Notes: generated from the sequence alone by a model not told the origin. DNA of 64,000 nt from an uncultured Candidatus Bathyarchaeia archaeon (GCA_964450845.1 CAYVGZ010000001.1:84338-148337); one strand, 5' to 3'. Positions 1 through 10,117 are shown, numbered from the stretch's first letter. Translations and numbers: made by a program.

Positions 1-2
1 TT

Positions 3-560
3 TATGATTCAATTTCTGGTAGTTTGTATGGCATAGGTTACATTAATGGTGGTATGTCGTTCTATTTTCCACCAACCCCTGCTCCTCCAACTTCATCTGG
101 GGTTCTTAAAAAAGGTATAAAACCATTACTAACTAATAAGTTTAGGTATCCATATAAGATTCCTAAAGAAGTGATAATGTCTAGAGTAGACTTTTTAAAG
201 AATGGTAGACTATCCTACTTAAGCGATCTTCCAGTTGAACTTTGGATGAACTACTCTGGAGAGTGGGCACAAGTAGAAACAAGTACTACAGATAGATATG
301 GGTCATGTTATATTACTCATAGTACTTCAGGAATCCCAAATATAACAAACTGTCTAGGAGTAGTAAAGATTACCTATGATGGTGGCGATTACGTTTCTAA
401 TGTAATGAGATATAATTTTTATAGTGGTCTTGCATATGAAGAAGATTTAGTTTATATTATAGATGCGGCCGCTACTGGCTCAGTTCCAGATAGATTAGCA
501 CACGATATATTCGATGGCGATGGTAGAGATAATTACTTTGACCGAATGTATTATGTATAA
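3..560 (+). CDS. 5'-truncated virion-module protein, possible Ig-like beta domain
   Basis: Frame is open from base 3 (YDSISGSLYGIGYING...), so the gene starts upstream of the window; beta-rich; co-oriented with the structural block; TAA stop. Confidence 0.65.
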   Translation, partial: YDSISGSLYGIGYINGGMSFYFPPTPAPPTSSGVLKKGIKPLLTNKFRYPYKIPKEVIMSRVDFLKNGRLSYLSDLPVELWMNYSGEWAQVETSTTDRYGSCYITHSTSGIPNITNCLGVVKITYDGGDYVSNVMRYNFYSGLAYEEDLVYIIDAAATGSVPDRLAHDIFDGDGRDNYFDRMYYV

Positions 561-575
561 GGAGTTAAATTAACT

Positions 576-1730
576 ATGAGATATTCAGGAATTTATTTAC
601 ATTTTGAAGGAACAACTGCTGAGTGTGATGCTGAGCAAGTAGCAAGGGAGTCAGTATTTGATACCGACTCTGGTCTGTTTAGATATATGGACGCGCTTAG
701 TGGAGTGCATTATTTAAATGCATCAGATTTCGATTTTTCAGGCTACTGGCAAGCAGCGTACAGTGATTCTATATACTGGTATTCTAGTTCAAACTTTTCA
801 GAGATTCGAGTTGGATCTCCCTCTGATTTGTATTCTATTAAAGTTATAAGAGATGTAGCAAACTCTATTTCACAAGTGGCAACAAGTGGGATATTATCTA
901 TATGTGGATCAACTATATTATTCCACACAAATAGTGGGGCTGTTGCAGAGTGTTATGGAAATAAAATGTCAATCTATCCAAACAAATATCTATTATTTGG
1001 CAATTCTTATGTGGGATGGGACATGTATGCTGACGTAGCTGATAATCTATATATTTCTGGACTATCTTATACCAGTTTTAATCTTAAAAGTTACCTTGGA
1101 CTAAATTTGTTAAACTACTCAGGGGATACTAACATAAGTGGGCTGGCAGGTAACACATATATTAAGCAGAATGGAAATGGATCTACTACTGGTAATATAA
1201 CTCTTAATGCTAGCGGCAATTTACTTGGTTATGGAAATTGGGTAAGATTCCAGTCTACTAGCTATGCTCATTTTATGTCTACTGATAGTGATCTTAATTT
1301 TACTGCTCTTAATGGTGCAATCAGTATTTGTGGTAAAAATAATATAGTAATTGATTCCACAAATGGAGATGTATACTCGACTCCTTGGCAAAGTTATTCT
1401 ATAACCGATCCATCTGGCTGGGCTTCTATTACTTTTTCTTCTGTACAATATAAAACTATAGGTGATCTTGTATTTTTATCCTATTATGTTAGTGGTAATG
1501 CTAATTCTGATCAAGTTGCTGAAATAGATCTACCATATAGTCCAAATAATTATTTAGATACCTGTCATGTTGCTAGCGTAGCTGATAGCGGAAATTATGG
1601 TTTTGGTAAAGCGCAAGTACTTATAGGAACAAATAGATTAAGTGTTTCGAATGATCAAGAGCCTTCTCCAACTTGGGCGACTGGAGGAGTTAAGTTAATA
1701 CACGGTCAGTTTTGGTATCAGAAGGCATAA
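576..1730 (+). CDS. Tail fibre / receptor-binding-like protein
   Basis: S/G/N/Y-rich beta composition; C-terminal YKTIGDLVFLSYYVSG...IDLPYSP segment resembles phage fibre C-termini; GGAG SD upstream. Confidence 0.5.
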   Translation: MRYSGIYLHFEGTTAECDAEQVARESVFDTDSGLFRYMDALSGVHYLNASDFDFSGYWQAAYSDSIYWYSSSNFSEIRVGSPSDLYSIKVIRDVANSISQVATSGILSICGSTILFHTNSGAVAECYGNKMSIYPNKYLLFGNSYVGWDMYADVADNLYISGLSYTSFNLKSYLGLNLLNYSGDTNISGLAGNTYIKQNGNGSTTGNITLNASGNLLGYGNWVRFQSTSYAHFMSTDSDLNFTALNGAISICGKNNIVIDSTNGDVYSTPWQSYSITDPSGWASITFSSVQYKTIGDLVFLSYYVSGNANSDQVAEIDLPYSPNNYLDTCHVASVADSGNYGFGKAQVLIGTNRLSVSNDQEPSPTWATGGVKLIHGQFWYQKA

Positions 1731-2633
1731 ATGAAATATTTTATACAGTATCCTGGATACTTAGTTTGTAATCTTAGATGTCCTTATTGTTTTCATTATA
1801 AAGAACTATCTACTGGGCTGTCTAGTGGTGGAGATCCAATAGGCCAAGGTGGCCCAAACTTTACTGTAGAAGAATATATTACTTGGAGAGATACTCATCT
1901 TAACGATGCTGAAGAAATTGTTATTCACTTTCATGGTGGTGAGCCTACTATTGAAAAGAACATAGCTCATATTGAAGACTTCTTCTCTAAATCCAAGCTT
2001 GAACACCTAGACGTTTTAACTAATGGACTAGGGCCAGAATCCAGTTATAACAGATTGATTAATATAAAAGATAGGATATTTAGAGTAGGTTTTACTTATC
2101 ATAGAACTGTTATAAATGATAATGCTGAGCTTAGAAAGATTTTTACTAATAGAGTTTTAATGGTTAAGGCGGCAGGCATTCCTGTCTATGTTAAAGAGAT
2201 GTTATTTCTTAATCATAAGTCTCAGATTTTAGCTAATAAAAGATTCTGGGAAATGATGGGTGTTCCAGTAAAGATTCAAGACTTTAAAGGATATACCAGA
2301 GGCGAGGATTTTACTGAGCTACAAAGATATACTATAAAGGATCTAGAGATCATAGATAAAGAATACATTAAGACTAGCGCTACATGTTCCTGCTTGCCTG
2401 GTTATAGGCAGATTATGATAAGGGGTGGTTGGCAGGCTGGAGATATATTAGGCTGCTGGATTGACCCAGTTGTAGTAGGAAACATAAAAGATAATACGTA
2501 TGATCCTAGATATAAAGTTGAAATTGAAATGAAGCCAGGCGGCAAACAAGTTGTTACTGGCGTTCTTAAGAAATATAAAGGTACCTATGAGGGCGATAGG
2601 TACTATGATAATTTAAAGAAAAATAGCCTGTGA
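1731..2633 (+). CDS. Radical SAM protein
   Basis: CNLRCPYC (CxxxCxxC), FHGGEPT, LTNG motifs; extra C-terminal cysteines (CSC...GCW); ATG directly follows the upstream TAA. Confidence 0.85.
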   Translation: MKYFIQYPGYLVCNLRCPYCFHYKELSTGLSSGGDPIGQGGPNFTVEEYITWRDTHLNDAEEIVIHFHGGEPTIEKNIAHIEDFFSKSKLEHLDVLTNGLGPESSYNRLINIKDRIFRVGFTYHRTVINDNAELRKIFTNRVLMVKAAGIPVYVKEMLFLNHKSQILANKRFWEMMGVPVKIQDFKGYTRGEDFTELQRYTIKDLEIIDKEYIKTSATCSCLPGYRQIMIRGGWQAGDILGCWIDPVVVGNIKDNTYDPRYKVEIEMKPGGKQVVTGVLKKYKGTYEGDRYYDNLKKNSL

Positions 2634-2667
2634 GACTATACTAGTACTGATAATTAAGGAGGAAGAA

Positions 2668-3033
2668 ATGAAGTTAAAGAATGAAGTTGTTTTAAATCCT
2701 GCGTTTGCTAAGGCCTTTGGCCAACTGCTTAAGATGCCTTTTCCTGCAACAGTGGCTCTACAGTTGATAGAAACGTTCAAAGCCCTAGACGAACAGCAGA
2801 AAAATGTCTTCGCTGTCAGAGATACTTTCCTAGAGAGACTTGGAAAAAGAGAGTCTACTGGAGTAAAGTTTAATAGCCCTGAAAGCGAAAAGGAATTTTA
2901 CGACGAAATGGATAAACTTTTAAAGCTTGAATTTGAGATTCCGCTCAAGGATAAGCTTACCTTGGATGATAAGATCCAAATATCTGGCGAAGATATAATT
3001 ACCCTTCAGCCAGTTTTAAACGTAAATATTTAA
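2668..3033 (+). CDS. Small helical hypothetical protein of the kind often found beside tail fibre genes
   Basis: 121 aa ORF with strong AAGGAGG SD; family resemblance is from memory only. Confidence 0.65.
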   Translation: MKLKNEVVLNPAFAKAFGQLLKMPFPATVALQLIETFKALDEQQKNVFAVRDTFLERLGKRESTGVKFNSPESEKEFYDEMDKLLKLEFEIPLKDKLTLDDKIQISGEDIITLQPVLNVNI

Positions 3034-3044
3034 TGGAGGTTTAA

Positions 3045-3473
3045 ATGGCTGGAATATTGCTAGGCAGCGGTCAAACTATGGTCGTAGACGCTATGAAATA
3101 TTACATAGATAACATTACTAGCGGACTATACGTTGGACTAATGACTAATTCATCTGATCCAGATGAAACGTATCAGATAGGCGCTGGAATTACAGAAGTT
3201 GCTCCTTCTGCAGGAAGCGGATACGGGCGCCAGCTAGTTTCTTCTTGGGGAACTACCGCTGGGGTTGATCCAATTCTATCTGGAGATACAGCAACTTTTA
3301 ATGTTTCTGGAACTTGGGAATCAGTTAATGGATACTTTGTATCTCAAACTGAAACTGGAAATGATGCTCTGTGGGCAGAAGTATTCCCAGTATCAAAGCG
3401 CGGAGACAAACATCATGGAGATAAGATTTTGATTACTCCAAAATATGAACAACAGTTTAAAGGAGAGGTATAA
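3045..3473 (+). CDS. Phage tail-associated structural protein
   Basis: LYVGLMT..DP...EV....GYGRQ.V..W.......F...GTW..VNGYF pattern typical of small tail-associated proteins; GGAGG SD. Confidence 0.5.
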   Translation: MAGILLGSGQTMVVDAMKYYIDNITSGLYVGLMTNSSDPDETYQIGAGITEVAPSAGSGYGRQLVSSWGTTAGVDPILSGDTATFNVSGTWESVNGYFVSQTETGNDALWAEVFPVSKRGDKHHGDKILITPKYEQQFKGEV

Positions 3474-4063
3474 TGTTTTTTATTGCAGCTAGAAAAGATA
3501 CGCAAGTAGAACTTGAACGAGGCGGTAGAAGCTTAGATTTTACTAATGATGCTATTAGAGTAGCATTTAGATCTGCTTTATGTACTAATCATAAGATCTC
3601 TGATTCTAACCTTTCGTTCTACTATGTGGCCGACGATGATAGTTCTGTAACAAGAGTTATGTCTGGTGACAGCTATGTCCTAACATGGTCTGCAGTTGCT
3701 CCAACTGGAGAAGTTACTGGACTTGATTTTTCAACAGAAGATGCAAAGCGCTGGGTAAAAGTTACTGCTTCTAAGTCTGAAATTCTTGCCGATAACTCTG
3801 ATACCACAACTATTACTATTGAGCTATGGAAAGCAGACAAGTCAGGCATAGCTACAACTGTTACTGCTAACGCTGATGTTCCAGTTCTAACGCCTAATGG
3901 TCCTCGTAAGGTAAGAGTCAGCTTAGTTAATGGCGTAGCAACAAAAAGTTTTAAAACAGCAATAGCAGGAGACTGGGTTATTCCAGCAAAGACAAGATTT
4001 AACAATGTAAAAGTATTGCAAGCAGCCACTATTGAAGCAATTCAACCACTAGCAGACTTCTAA
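3473..4063 (+). CDS. Hypothetical virion protein with C-terminal Ig-like (invasin-type) domain
   Basis: VTASKSEILADNSDTTTITIEL resembles the bacterial Ig-like signature; TAATG coupling. Confidence 0.5.
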   Translation: MFFIAARKDTQVELERGGRSLDFTNDAIRVAFRSALCTNHKISDSNLSFYYVADDDSSVTRVMSGDSYVLTWSAVAPTGEVTGLDFSTEDAKRWVKVTASKSEILADNSDTTTITIELWKADKSGIATTVTANADVPVLTPNGPRKVRVSLVNGVATKSFKTAIAGDWVIPAKTRFNNVKVLQAATIEAIQPLADF

Positions 4064-4072
4064 GGATAGTAA

Positions 4073-6154
4073 ATGGCTACACTAAAGTCTATTACTAGAG
4101 GTACCGTCACATTAAATAACGTAGTAGGAACTGTTAGTGAATATGTTGATGTGACCGTAACTGCAGTAGACCTAGCTAAAACCTTTGTTAGTTTCACTTA
4201 TAAAGGAGGAACTGATAGAGGCGGTCATGTTCCTATTGCTGGATTCTTTACTAGTACTACTAATCTACGTTTTCAACGTAAAAATTATGATGCTCCTGAT
4301 CAACATTTTACAATTGAATATGAAATAATTGAATGGACGTCAGGTGTTACTGTTCAAACTGGTACAGCTACTAATATCTTTAATTCAGATGGCGATGTAG
4401 ATGTGTCTATTACTAGTGTAAACACATCAAAAGCATTTGCATTTGTTACCATTTATGGTTATTATAGTTGGGATCCTTATCATGCAATTGAATTTGTTTC
4501 TGCTGAGATCACCTCGTCTACTAATTTAAGACTTAAGAACCTATCTGTTGATGAAAATAGTAATACAGTAAAATGGACTGTAGTTGAATATGATTCGTGT
4601 TCAGTTCAGAAAGTTAGTGATGCACCATCTGGTACTAGCGATTCCTATACAATCGCATCAGTTACTACAAATAAAAGTGCAATAATATCTTCATACAGAA
4701 TGAATAATGCTGGTACATCAGACGATAGCGCATTATGGAATTTGTATTTAAGCGATGCTACAACAATTACGTATGCGCGAACAACTGGTGGAACAACTGG
4801 TACTTTTATTGCTTATATAGTTTCATTTACCGATAACTCGTCAGTACAAGCAGGAGAAGTAAGTTTTGGATCTGGCGATACGTCAAAAGATACAACTATT
4901 TCATCAATAAATACAGCAGCATCAATTCATTTTGGTGCTAACTGTGCATGGAATACATTTCAATGTAAGTCTTCTAATTCAGGTGTATTAAGAACTGCAA
5001 CTGCTGCTAAAATAACAAGTACTACTAATCTTAATTCTTCTATTAATCAATCAGGTACTACAGGCACTTTTAGATATCAAGTTATTAGTTTTGATGTAAG
5101 CACGCCTGCTACAAGAAAGTGTTCAGTTCAATATGGTAGCACTACGTTAGCATCAGGAACAACAAGTACAACAGCAGCTATTACATCAATTGATACTGCT
5201 AAGTCATGGTTAGTCTTTTCTACTAAAGGCTCAGGGTCTACAGATGGTACTAATGAACCTGGTAACTCATCAGTTTGTGGTAGTATTAGCTCTGCTACTG
5301 AGCTTTCGTTTGCTCGTACTAATTCTACTATGGGTGTAACAGTACAATGGTTTGTTATAACATTCTCATCTGGAGTATCAGTTCAACGAGGCACTGATAC
5401 TAATGTATCTACAACTGTAGTTAATAAAACTATAACTACAGTAGACACAAATAAATCATTTGTCGTATTATCTACTGCATCTAACGATTTTATGATTAGA
5501 GGTCAAACGATTAGAGCAGATATAACAACAACTACAAATCTTGCACTTGATTCAGATGCACTTGCAGCTAATGAAGTCAGATGGCAAGTTATTCAATATG
5601 ATAATTGCTCAGTTCAGAAAATAGCTAAGACAATATCAAGCGGAACTTCAGCAACAGATACTATTACATCAGTAACACTAACAAAGACATTTTTAGCTCC
5701 TACTGGTAGACATAGTTCTGCTAGTGGATTAGAATATAACTTTTGGCATTTTAGATTGTCAGATGCTACAACATTAACATATGAGTGCGGCATCGCGGAT
5801 GGTACACTTCAAGGTGTTGTTTATGTAGTTTCATTTACAGACGATGCTACAGTTAGCAGATATGTTACTACTGTTGCATCTAGTGATACTACTACAAATA
5901 CGACTGTAACAATAGGTCAAACAACTAGTGCATGGATAGTAGGCCAAGACCATAGTAAAAATTCATCAATTGATGCTGATAGCTGGTGGTATGTTACTGA
6001 TAATGCTAAGGCTATTACGTCAAGTTCAAATGTTGCTAACACTAGATTAGCTAGCGGTTCAGCTGGAGAAACGTACTGGGAATTAATAGAACATACGGCA
6101 TTAAGTATAATGCTTCCTCCTAAGTGGATGCACTTTAGACAGCACAGATTATAA
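4073..6154 (+). CDS. Ser/Thr-rich repeat virion protein (about 8 x 85-aa beta repeats)
   Basis: Recurring ends IIEWTSGVTVQTG / VVEYDSCSVQK / IVSFTDNSSVQAG, echoed as VITFSSGVSVQRG / VIQYDNCSVQK / VVSFTDDATVSR. Confidence 0.75.
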   Translation: MATLKSITRGTVTLNNVVGTVSEYVDVTVTAVDLAKTFVSFTYKGGTDRGGHVPIAGFFTSTTNLRFQRKNYDAPDQHFTIEYEIIEWTSGVTVQTGTATNIFNSDGDVDVSITSVNTSKAFAFVTIYGYYSWDPYHAIEFVSAEITSSTNLRLKNLSVDENSNTVKWTVVEYDSCSVQKVSDAPSGTSDSYTIASVTTNKSAIISSYRMNNAGTSDDSALWNLYLSDATTITYARTTGGTTGTFIAYIVSFTDNSSVQAGEVSFGSGDTSKDTTISSINTAASIHFGANCAWNTFQCKSSNSGVLRTATAAKITSTTNLNSSINQSGTTGTFRYQVISFDVSTPATRKCSVQYGSTTLASGTTSTTAAITSIDTAKSWLVFSTKGSGSTDGTNEPGNSSVCGSISSATELSFARTNSTMGVTVQWFVITFSSGVSVQRGTDTNVSTTVVNKTITTVDTNKSFVVLSTASNDFMIRGQTIRADITTTTNLALDSDALAANEVRWQVIQYDNCSVQKIAKTISSGTSATDTITSVTLTKTFLAPTGRHSSASGLEYNFWHFRLSDATTLTYECGIADGTLQGVVYVVSFTDDATVSRYVTTVASSDTTTNTTVTIGQTTSAWIVGQDHSKNSSIDADSWWYVTDNAKAITSSSNVANTRLASGSAGETYWELIEHTALSIMLPPKWMHFRQHRL

Positions 6155-6164
6155 GGAGAGTTAA

Positions 6165-7883
6165 ATGCAATTTTTAAAACAAAGTACAGCAGTGACTTTG
6201 ATGCTAGGGCCCTTCCTGGACGACACTGACGGTAAAACGTACGAAACAGGTTTAACCTTAGCATCAGGAAATATACGACTATCTAAAAATGGCGGAGCGT
6301 TCGCAACTACTGCGTCAGCTATATCTCTTACTCATAATGAGTGTGGATGGTATAGTGGTACTTTTAATACCACTGACACTAATACAGCTGGACGTTTACT
6401 TGTTACTGTAAGTGGCGCAGGGGCTCTTCCTGTCTGGAGAGAATTTATGGTTCTTCCATCAATGATATATGATTCATTTGTTGGAGGCACAGCTTCTCTT
6501 ACAGTATATCCAACTGGAGTATTTACATCGACAGTTACGGTAAGCGGACTTACTTCTGCAGCACTAGGACAAATTGTCACTAGCGGAACGGCCGCTGGTT
6601 GGAACGATGATATTGTTACTGTATCTGGATTAACATCTGGTGCTCTTGGACAAATTGTAATATCAGGTAATGCAGCTGGCTGGAATACAACTAATGCAAA
6701 CGTAACAGGAATTGCGCCATTAGCTCTATCTCAAATAGTAGCTTCGGGAGACGCAGCAGGTTGGGATGGATACAATCCTGTAACAGTTTCTGGCTTAACA
6801 GCAGGGGCACTATCTCAGATCGTATCTTCTGGCAACGCTGACGGCTGGGCCGACGGAGCAACTGCAGCTGAAGTATGGGCATATGGAACTAAAGCATTAA
6901 CAGCAGCGGTAACAACCTCAGGTCTAACTCCTGAAGCTCTTACACAAATAGTCGCTTCAGGCAATGCTGCAGGCTGGGACGCTACTTCAACAATTACAGA
7001 AGTTACTGTCACTGGCTTAACTTCTGCAGCTCTAACACAGATAGTAGCTAGCGGCAATGCTGATGGTTGGGCAGATGGCGCTACAGCAGCCGAGGTATGG
7101 GGCTACAGCACAAAGGCATTAACAACTCCTGTAACTACATCTGGTCTAACCAAAGAGGCACTTACACAGATTGTAGATAGTGGTAATGCGGCAGGATGGG
7201 CTGACGGCGCCACGGCTGCTGAGGTTTGGGGATATACACCTAAGTCTCTTACTGACGCTGTTACAACTAGTGGTTTAACATCTGACGCTCTATCTCAGAT
7301 AGTTTCTAGTGGTAATGCAGCCAACTGGTCAGGCGTAACACCTGTTACAGACCTAACAACAGTTAATACTAAACTTGATGTAATTTCTGGGTATACTGAT
7401 ACACTAGAATCAAGCATGGTCACAGTACTTGCTAATCAGTCAACTATTAATGGAAACGTACTGGCTCTTCCAGATATTAGTGAGATCATTTCTAGCGGAA
7501 ATGCTGAAGGCTGGAATGCAGACAATTATAGTGTAACTGTTACAGGAATTGCTCCAGCTGCGTTAAGTGAGATAGTTGCTAGCGGTGACGCTGCAGGATG
7601 GAATTCAACAGCCACATTAACAGGTATTGCTCCAGATGTCTGGGCATATGCTAATAGAAGTCTAACAGATACTGGAACGGTTGTAACTGGAATCTTTAAC
7701 GAGATCTTAGCAGGCACATTAGACTTTAGAACAGCTCAACTTGAACAGTGGGCATACGCTGCTAACAACGTTAACATTTCTGGTACAGTGTCTGGTGTAG
7801 CACACGAGTACTTTGACCCAACAGATTCTGGCCTATTCAGACTAGAAGCGACACCAAGTGGAAGAATAAGGACTGACCTATAA
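6165..7883 (+). CDS. Repeat-rich virion (fibre/spike-like) protein
   Basis: Tandem units TVSGLTxxALxQIVxSGNAxGW, some with DGATAAEVWxY; GGAG SD. Confidence 0.75.
   Translation: MQFLKQSTAVTLMLGPFLDDTDGKTYETGLTLASGNIRLSKNGGAFATTASAISLTHNECGWYSGTFNTTDTNTAGRLLVTVSGAGALPVWREFMVLPSMIYDSFVGGTASLTVYPTGVFTSTVTVSGLTSAALGQIVTSGTAAGWNDDIVTVSGLTSGALGQIVISGNAAGWNTTNANVTGIAPLALSQIVASGDAAGWDGYNPVTVSGLTAGALSQIVSSGNADGWADGATAAEVWAYGTKALTAAVTTSGLTPEALTQIVASGNAAGWDATSTITEVTVTGLTSAALTQIVASGNADGWADGATAAEVWGYSTKALTTPVTTSGLTKEALTQIVDSGNAAGWADGATAAEVWGYTPKSLTDAVTTSGLTSDALSQIVSSGNAANWSGVTPVTDLTTVNTKLDVISGYTDTLESSMVTVLANQSTINGNVLALPDISEIISSGNAEGWNADNYSVTVTGIAPAALSEIVASGDAAGWNSTATLTGIAPDVWAYANRSLTDTGTVVTGIFNEILAGTLDFRTAQLEQWAYAANNVNISGTVSGVAHEYFDPTDSGLFRLEATPSGRIRTDL
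6530..7640 (+). repeat. Intragenic protein-level tandem repeats, about 9 units
   Basis: Amino-acid repeats conserved while codons differ, e.g. ggcaacgctgacggctgggcc vs ggcaatgctgatggttgggca vs ggtaatgcggcaggatgggct. Confidence 0.8.
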
Positions 7884-10099
7884 TGGCTTATATTCCAGTA
7901 GTAGCTAGCTGGGAAAGCTCTCTAGTAGACGGCTGGTCTGCATATGCTGGAGCTGTTGAAGATTATTACTCATGGGAGCCTTTAAGTGCTGGCGGTTTCT
8001 GGAAAGCTTACTTAGAAACCGCCGTATCTGGCTATGTATATGGCGAAGGCTTTATTTCTGGTGATATTCAACATTATATTTTATATGCTATTTCTGGAGA
8101 TGTTCAAGGTATAGGTTACATATTCTCTGATATTGTAACTAGAGAAGCAATTATAATCTCAGGTGAGTGTCATGGGTATGGATGTATCTATAGTAGATTT
8201 AATTTCTCCAGACAGAAAGCAGTATTTCCTGCTATACGCAGAGAAGCAACATATGATTGGGTTGACGCACCAATAGCTGCAATTGAATATGTAGATTTTA
8301 GTCCTAATAAAGTTCTTAATGTCATCTCAAGAGAAGACTCGTTATATGAGAATACAGCAGAGTTTTATCTTACAGAAACTGTTTATAATAATGGAACTTA
8401 TTTTCCTATAACTCATTATCCATACATTGATAACGCATCAGGAAAAATAAACTATCTTATAACAGATTATAGATCAGAAGGTCAGAATGGTAAAGCTCTT
8501 TTTTATCAGTATGAACTTCTGTTTGATGCTTATACGGTAGAAGATGGTGAGACTGTAACTCTATACAAGAATAACGAAGTCAAGATAGATAAATCTCAGT
8601 ATATAATTCAGAGTTCATATGACTTGCTTGGTAAAGGAGCAATTAGATACGGTTCTACTACATGGAGACCTCTCGATCCTTCTCAAACCATTCATAGAAT
8701 TAGAATCTTATTACCAATAGATTACAGTTCTAGAGAAGATTTTTATACTATTGATTATAATAAATCAGTCTATGGTGCTAGGACTCCGCAGAAAGAGTTA
8801 GTAGAACTTACTCCTCTCTATCAGGAAGGAATAGATTATATCATTGTAGAAAGTGGCATACTGCTAAAAAGTAGCAAGATACCTTCTAAGACACAATCAC
8901 TTTATATAGTCAAAGATCCAGACGATAGAATAAAACCTATTAGTATTGAGCCGCCATCATATCAACCAGATGAAGTTAGCTCTTGGAGACTAAGATTAAA
9001 TCCAGGTTCAGTTCTTACTCAGTCGGGAATATATAATAATGAGCCAGAGAGATTTTATCTTCTAGAAAATAACTATTTACAGAAAGAACCAACTAAACAA
9101 TACTATGCTGTCACTAACGTTAAGCCGCTATCTATATCAGAAAATATAGTGCGCTTTGGTCAGTATCCAATCTATGTAGATGAAGACACCTATGTGTATC
9201 CTAATTATACGATTGGGTTATATGATAAGAAAGACTTAACATTAACAACAGACGTTGGGCTAGTATCAATCGAAGTCAATGGTAAAGCTAGGACCGATAT
9301 AAAGATACTCTCTGTAGACAGGAAAAAAGGATACTTTCAATTAAGCGAAGTATTAGATCAAACCGACGAGCTCGAATTTAACTTTTATACTGACTCAACT
9401 TACTACATGGTTATTGAAAACTTAGAGCTAAATCCTAAAGTAATTGGCGGTGACGACTTATATCATATATCAGGATTTATGAAAGGTCTAGGAGTAGCGA
9501 TTAAAGAGTACGATCCAGATGATACTCATACTCATTTCCCATACATTTATAACTCCGATTTACCTGAAAGCGAAAGAATATATTATGAGGTCCCAGAAGC
9601 AAATGCCATATCAGGCTATGCCTATGCTTATGGCGCTGGAAACTTCTGGCCTATATGCGAACTTAATCTTAACAGACTATCTACAGATATGGTCAAAGTA
9701 ACTGACGCTAGAAGAATTGGTGGCGGACTTCTAGACAATTCAGCACTAAATACTTGGTTCGCCAAGCCTGAGCATTCTGGTGTAAGTATAAGAGAAAAAG
9801 ATTCATATCTAGGTAAAGCATATTATGGCGGAGATCCTCAATCCTTTGGAAGTACAGTTGTTATTCATGTCCCTAGCGGAGTATTATTTACAGCTAGAAA
9901 CAACTGGATTGCTTCTTTATCAGGTGTTGTAGACGATGCGATAGAGCAGGTAGATAGAGGAACTAGAGAATTTAATTATTATCTAGATCAAGTTATTAAG
10001 CGCTATATCTCTGCTGGGACAGATTATATTCTAATACCAATCGATATAAGTGGCAACTTTATGAAGATCGAGAATCTAACATATGACAACACAATTTAA
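7883..10099 (+). CDS. Large virion structural protein, possibly baseplate
   Basis: 738 aa; TAATG coupling; lies in the structural block; no catalytic motif seen. Confidence 0.6.
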   Translation: MAYIPVVASWESSLVDGWSAYAGAVEDYYSWEPLSAGGFWKAYLETAVSGYVYGEGFISGDIQHYILYAISGDVQGIGYIFSDIVTREAIIISGECHGYGCIYSRFNFSRQKAVFPAIRREATYDWVDAPIAAIEYVDFSPNKVLNVISREDSLYENTAEFYLTETVYNNGTYFPITHYPYIDNASGKINYLITDYRSEGQNGKALFYQYELLFDAYTVEDGETVTLYKNNEVKIDKSQYIIQSSYDLLGKGAIRYGSTTWRPLDPSQTIHRIRILLPIDYSSREDFYTIDYNKSVYGARTPQKELVELTPLYQEGIDYIIVESGILLKSSKIPSKTQSLYIVKDPDDRIKPISIEPPSYQPDEVSSWRLRLNPGSVLTQSGIYNNEPERFYLLENNYLQKEPTKQYYAVTNVKPLSISENIVRFGQYPIYVDEDTYVYPNYTIGLYDKKDLTLTTDVGLVSIEVNGKARTDIKILSVDRKKGYFQLSEVLDQTDELEFNFYTDSTYYMVIENLELNPKVIGGDDLYHISGFMKGLGVAIKEYDPDDTHTHFPYIYNSDLPESERIYYEVPEANAISGYAYAYGAGNFWPICELNLNRLSTDMVKVTDARRIGGGLLDNSALNTWFAKPEHSGVSIREKDSYLGKAYYGGDPQSFGSTVVIHVPSGVLFTARNNWIASLSGVVDDAIEQVDRGTREFNYYLDQVIKRYISAGTDYILIPIDISGNFMKIENLTYDNTI

Positions 10100-10117
10100 A
10101 AGACTTGAGGTAATCTA

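Noticed and set aside
576-1730. Diversity-generating retroelement target in the fibre C-terminus
   Set aside because: No reverse transcriptase and no near-identical template repeat differing at adenines were found in the window.
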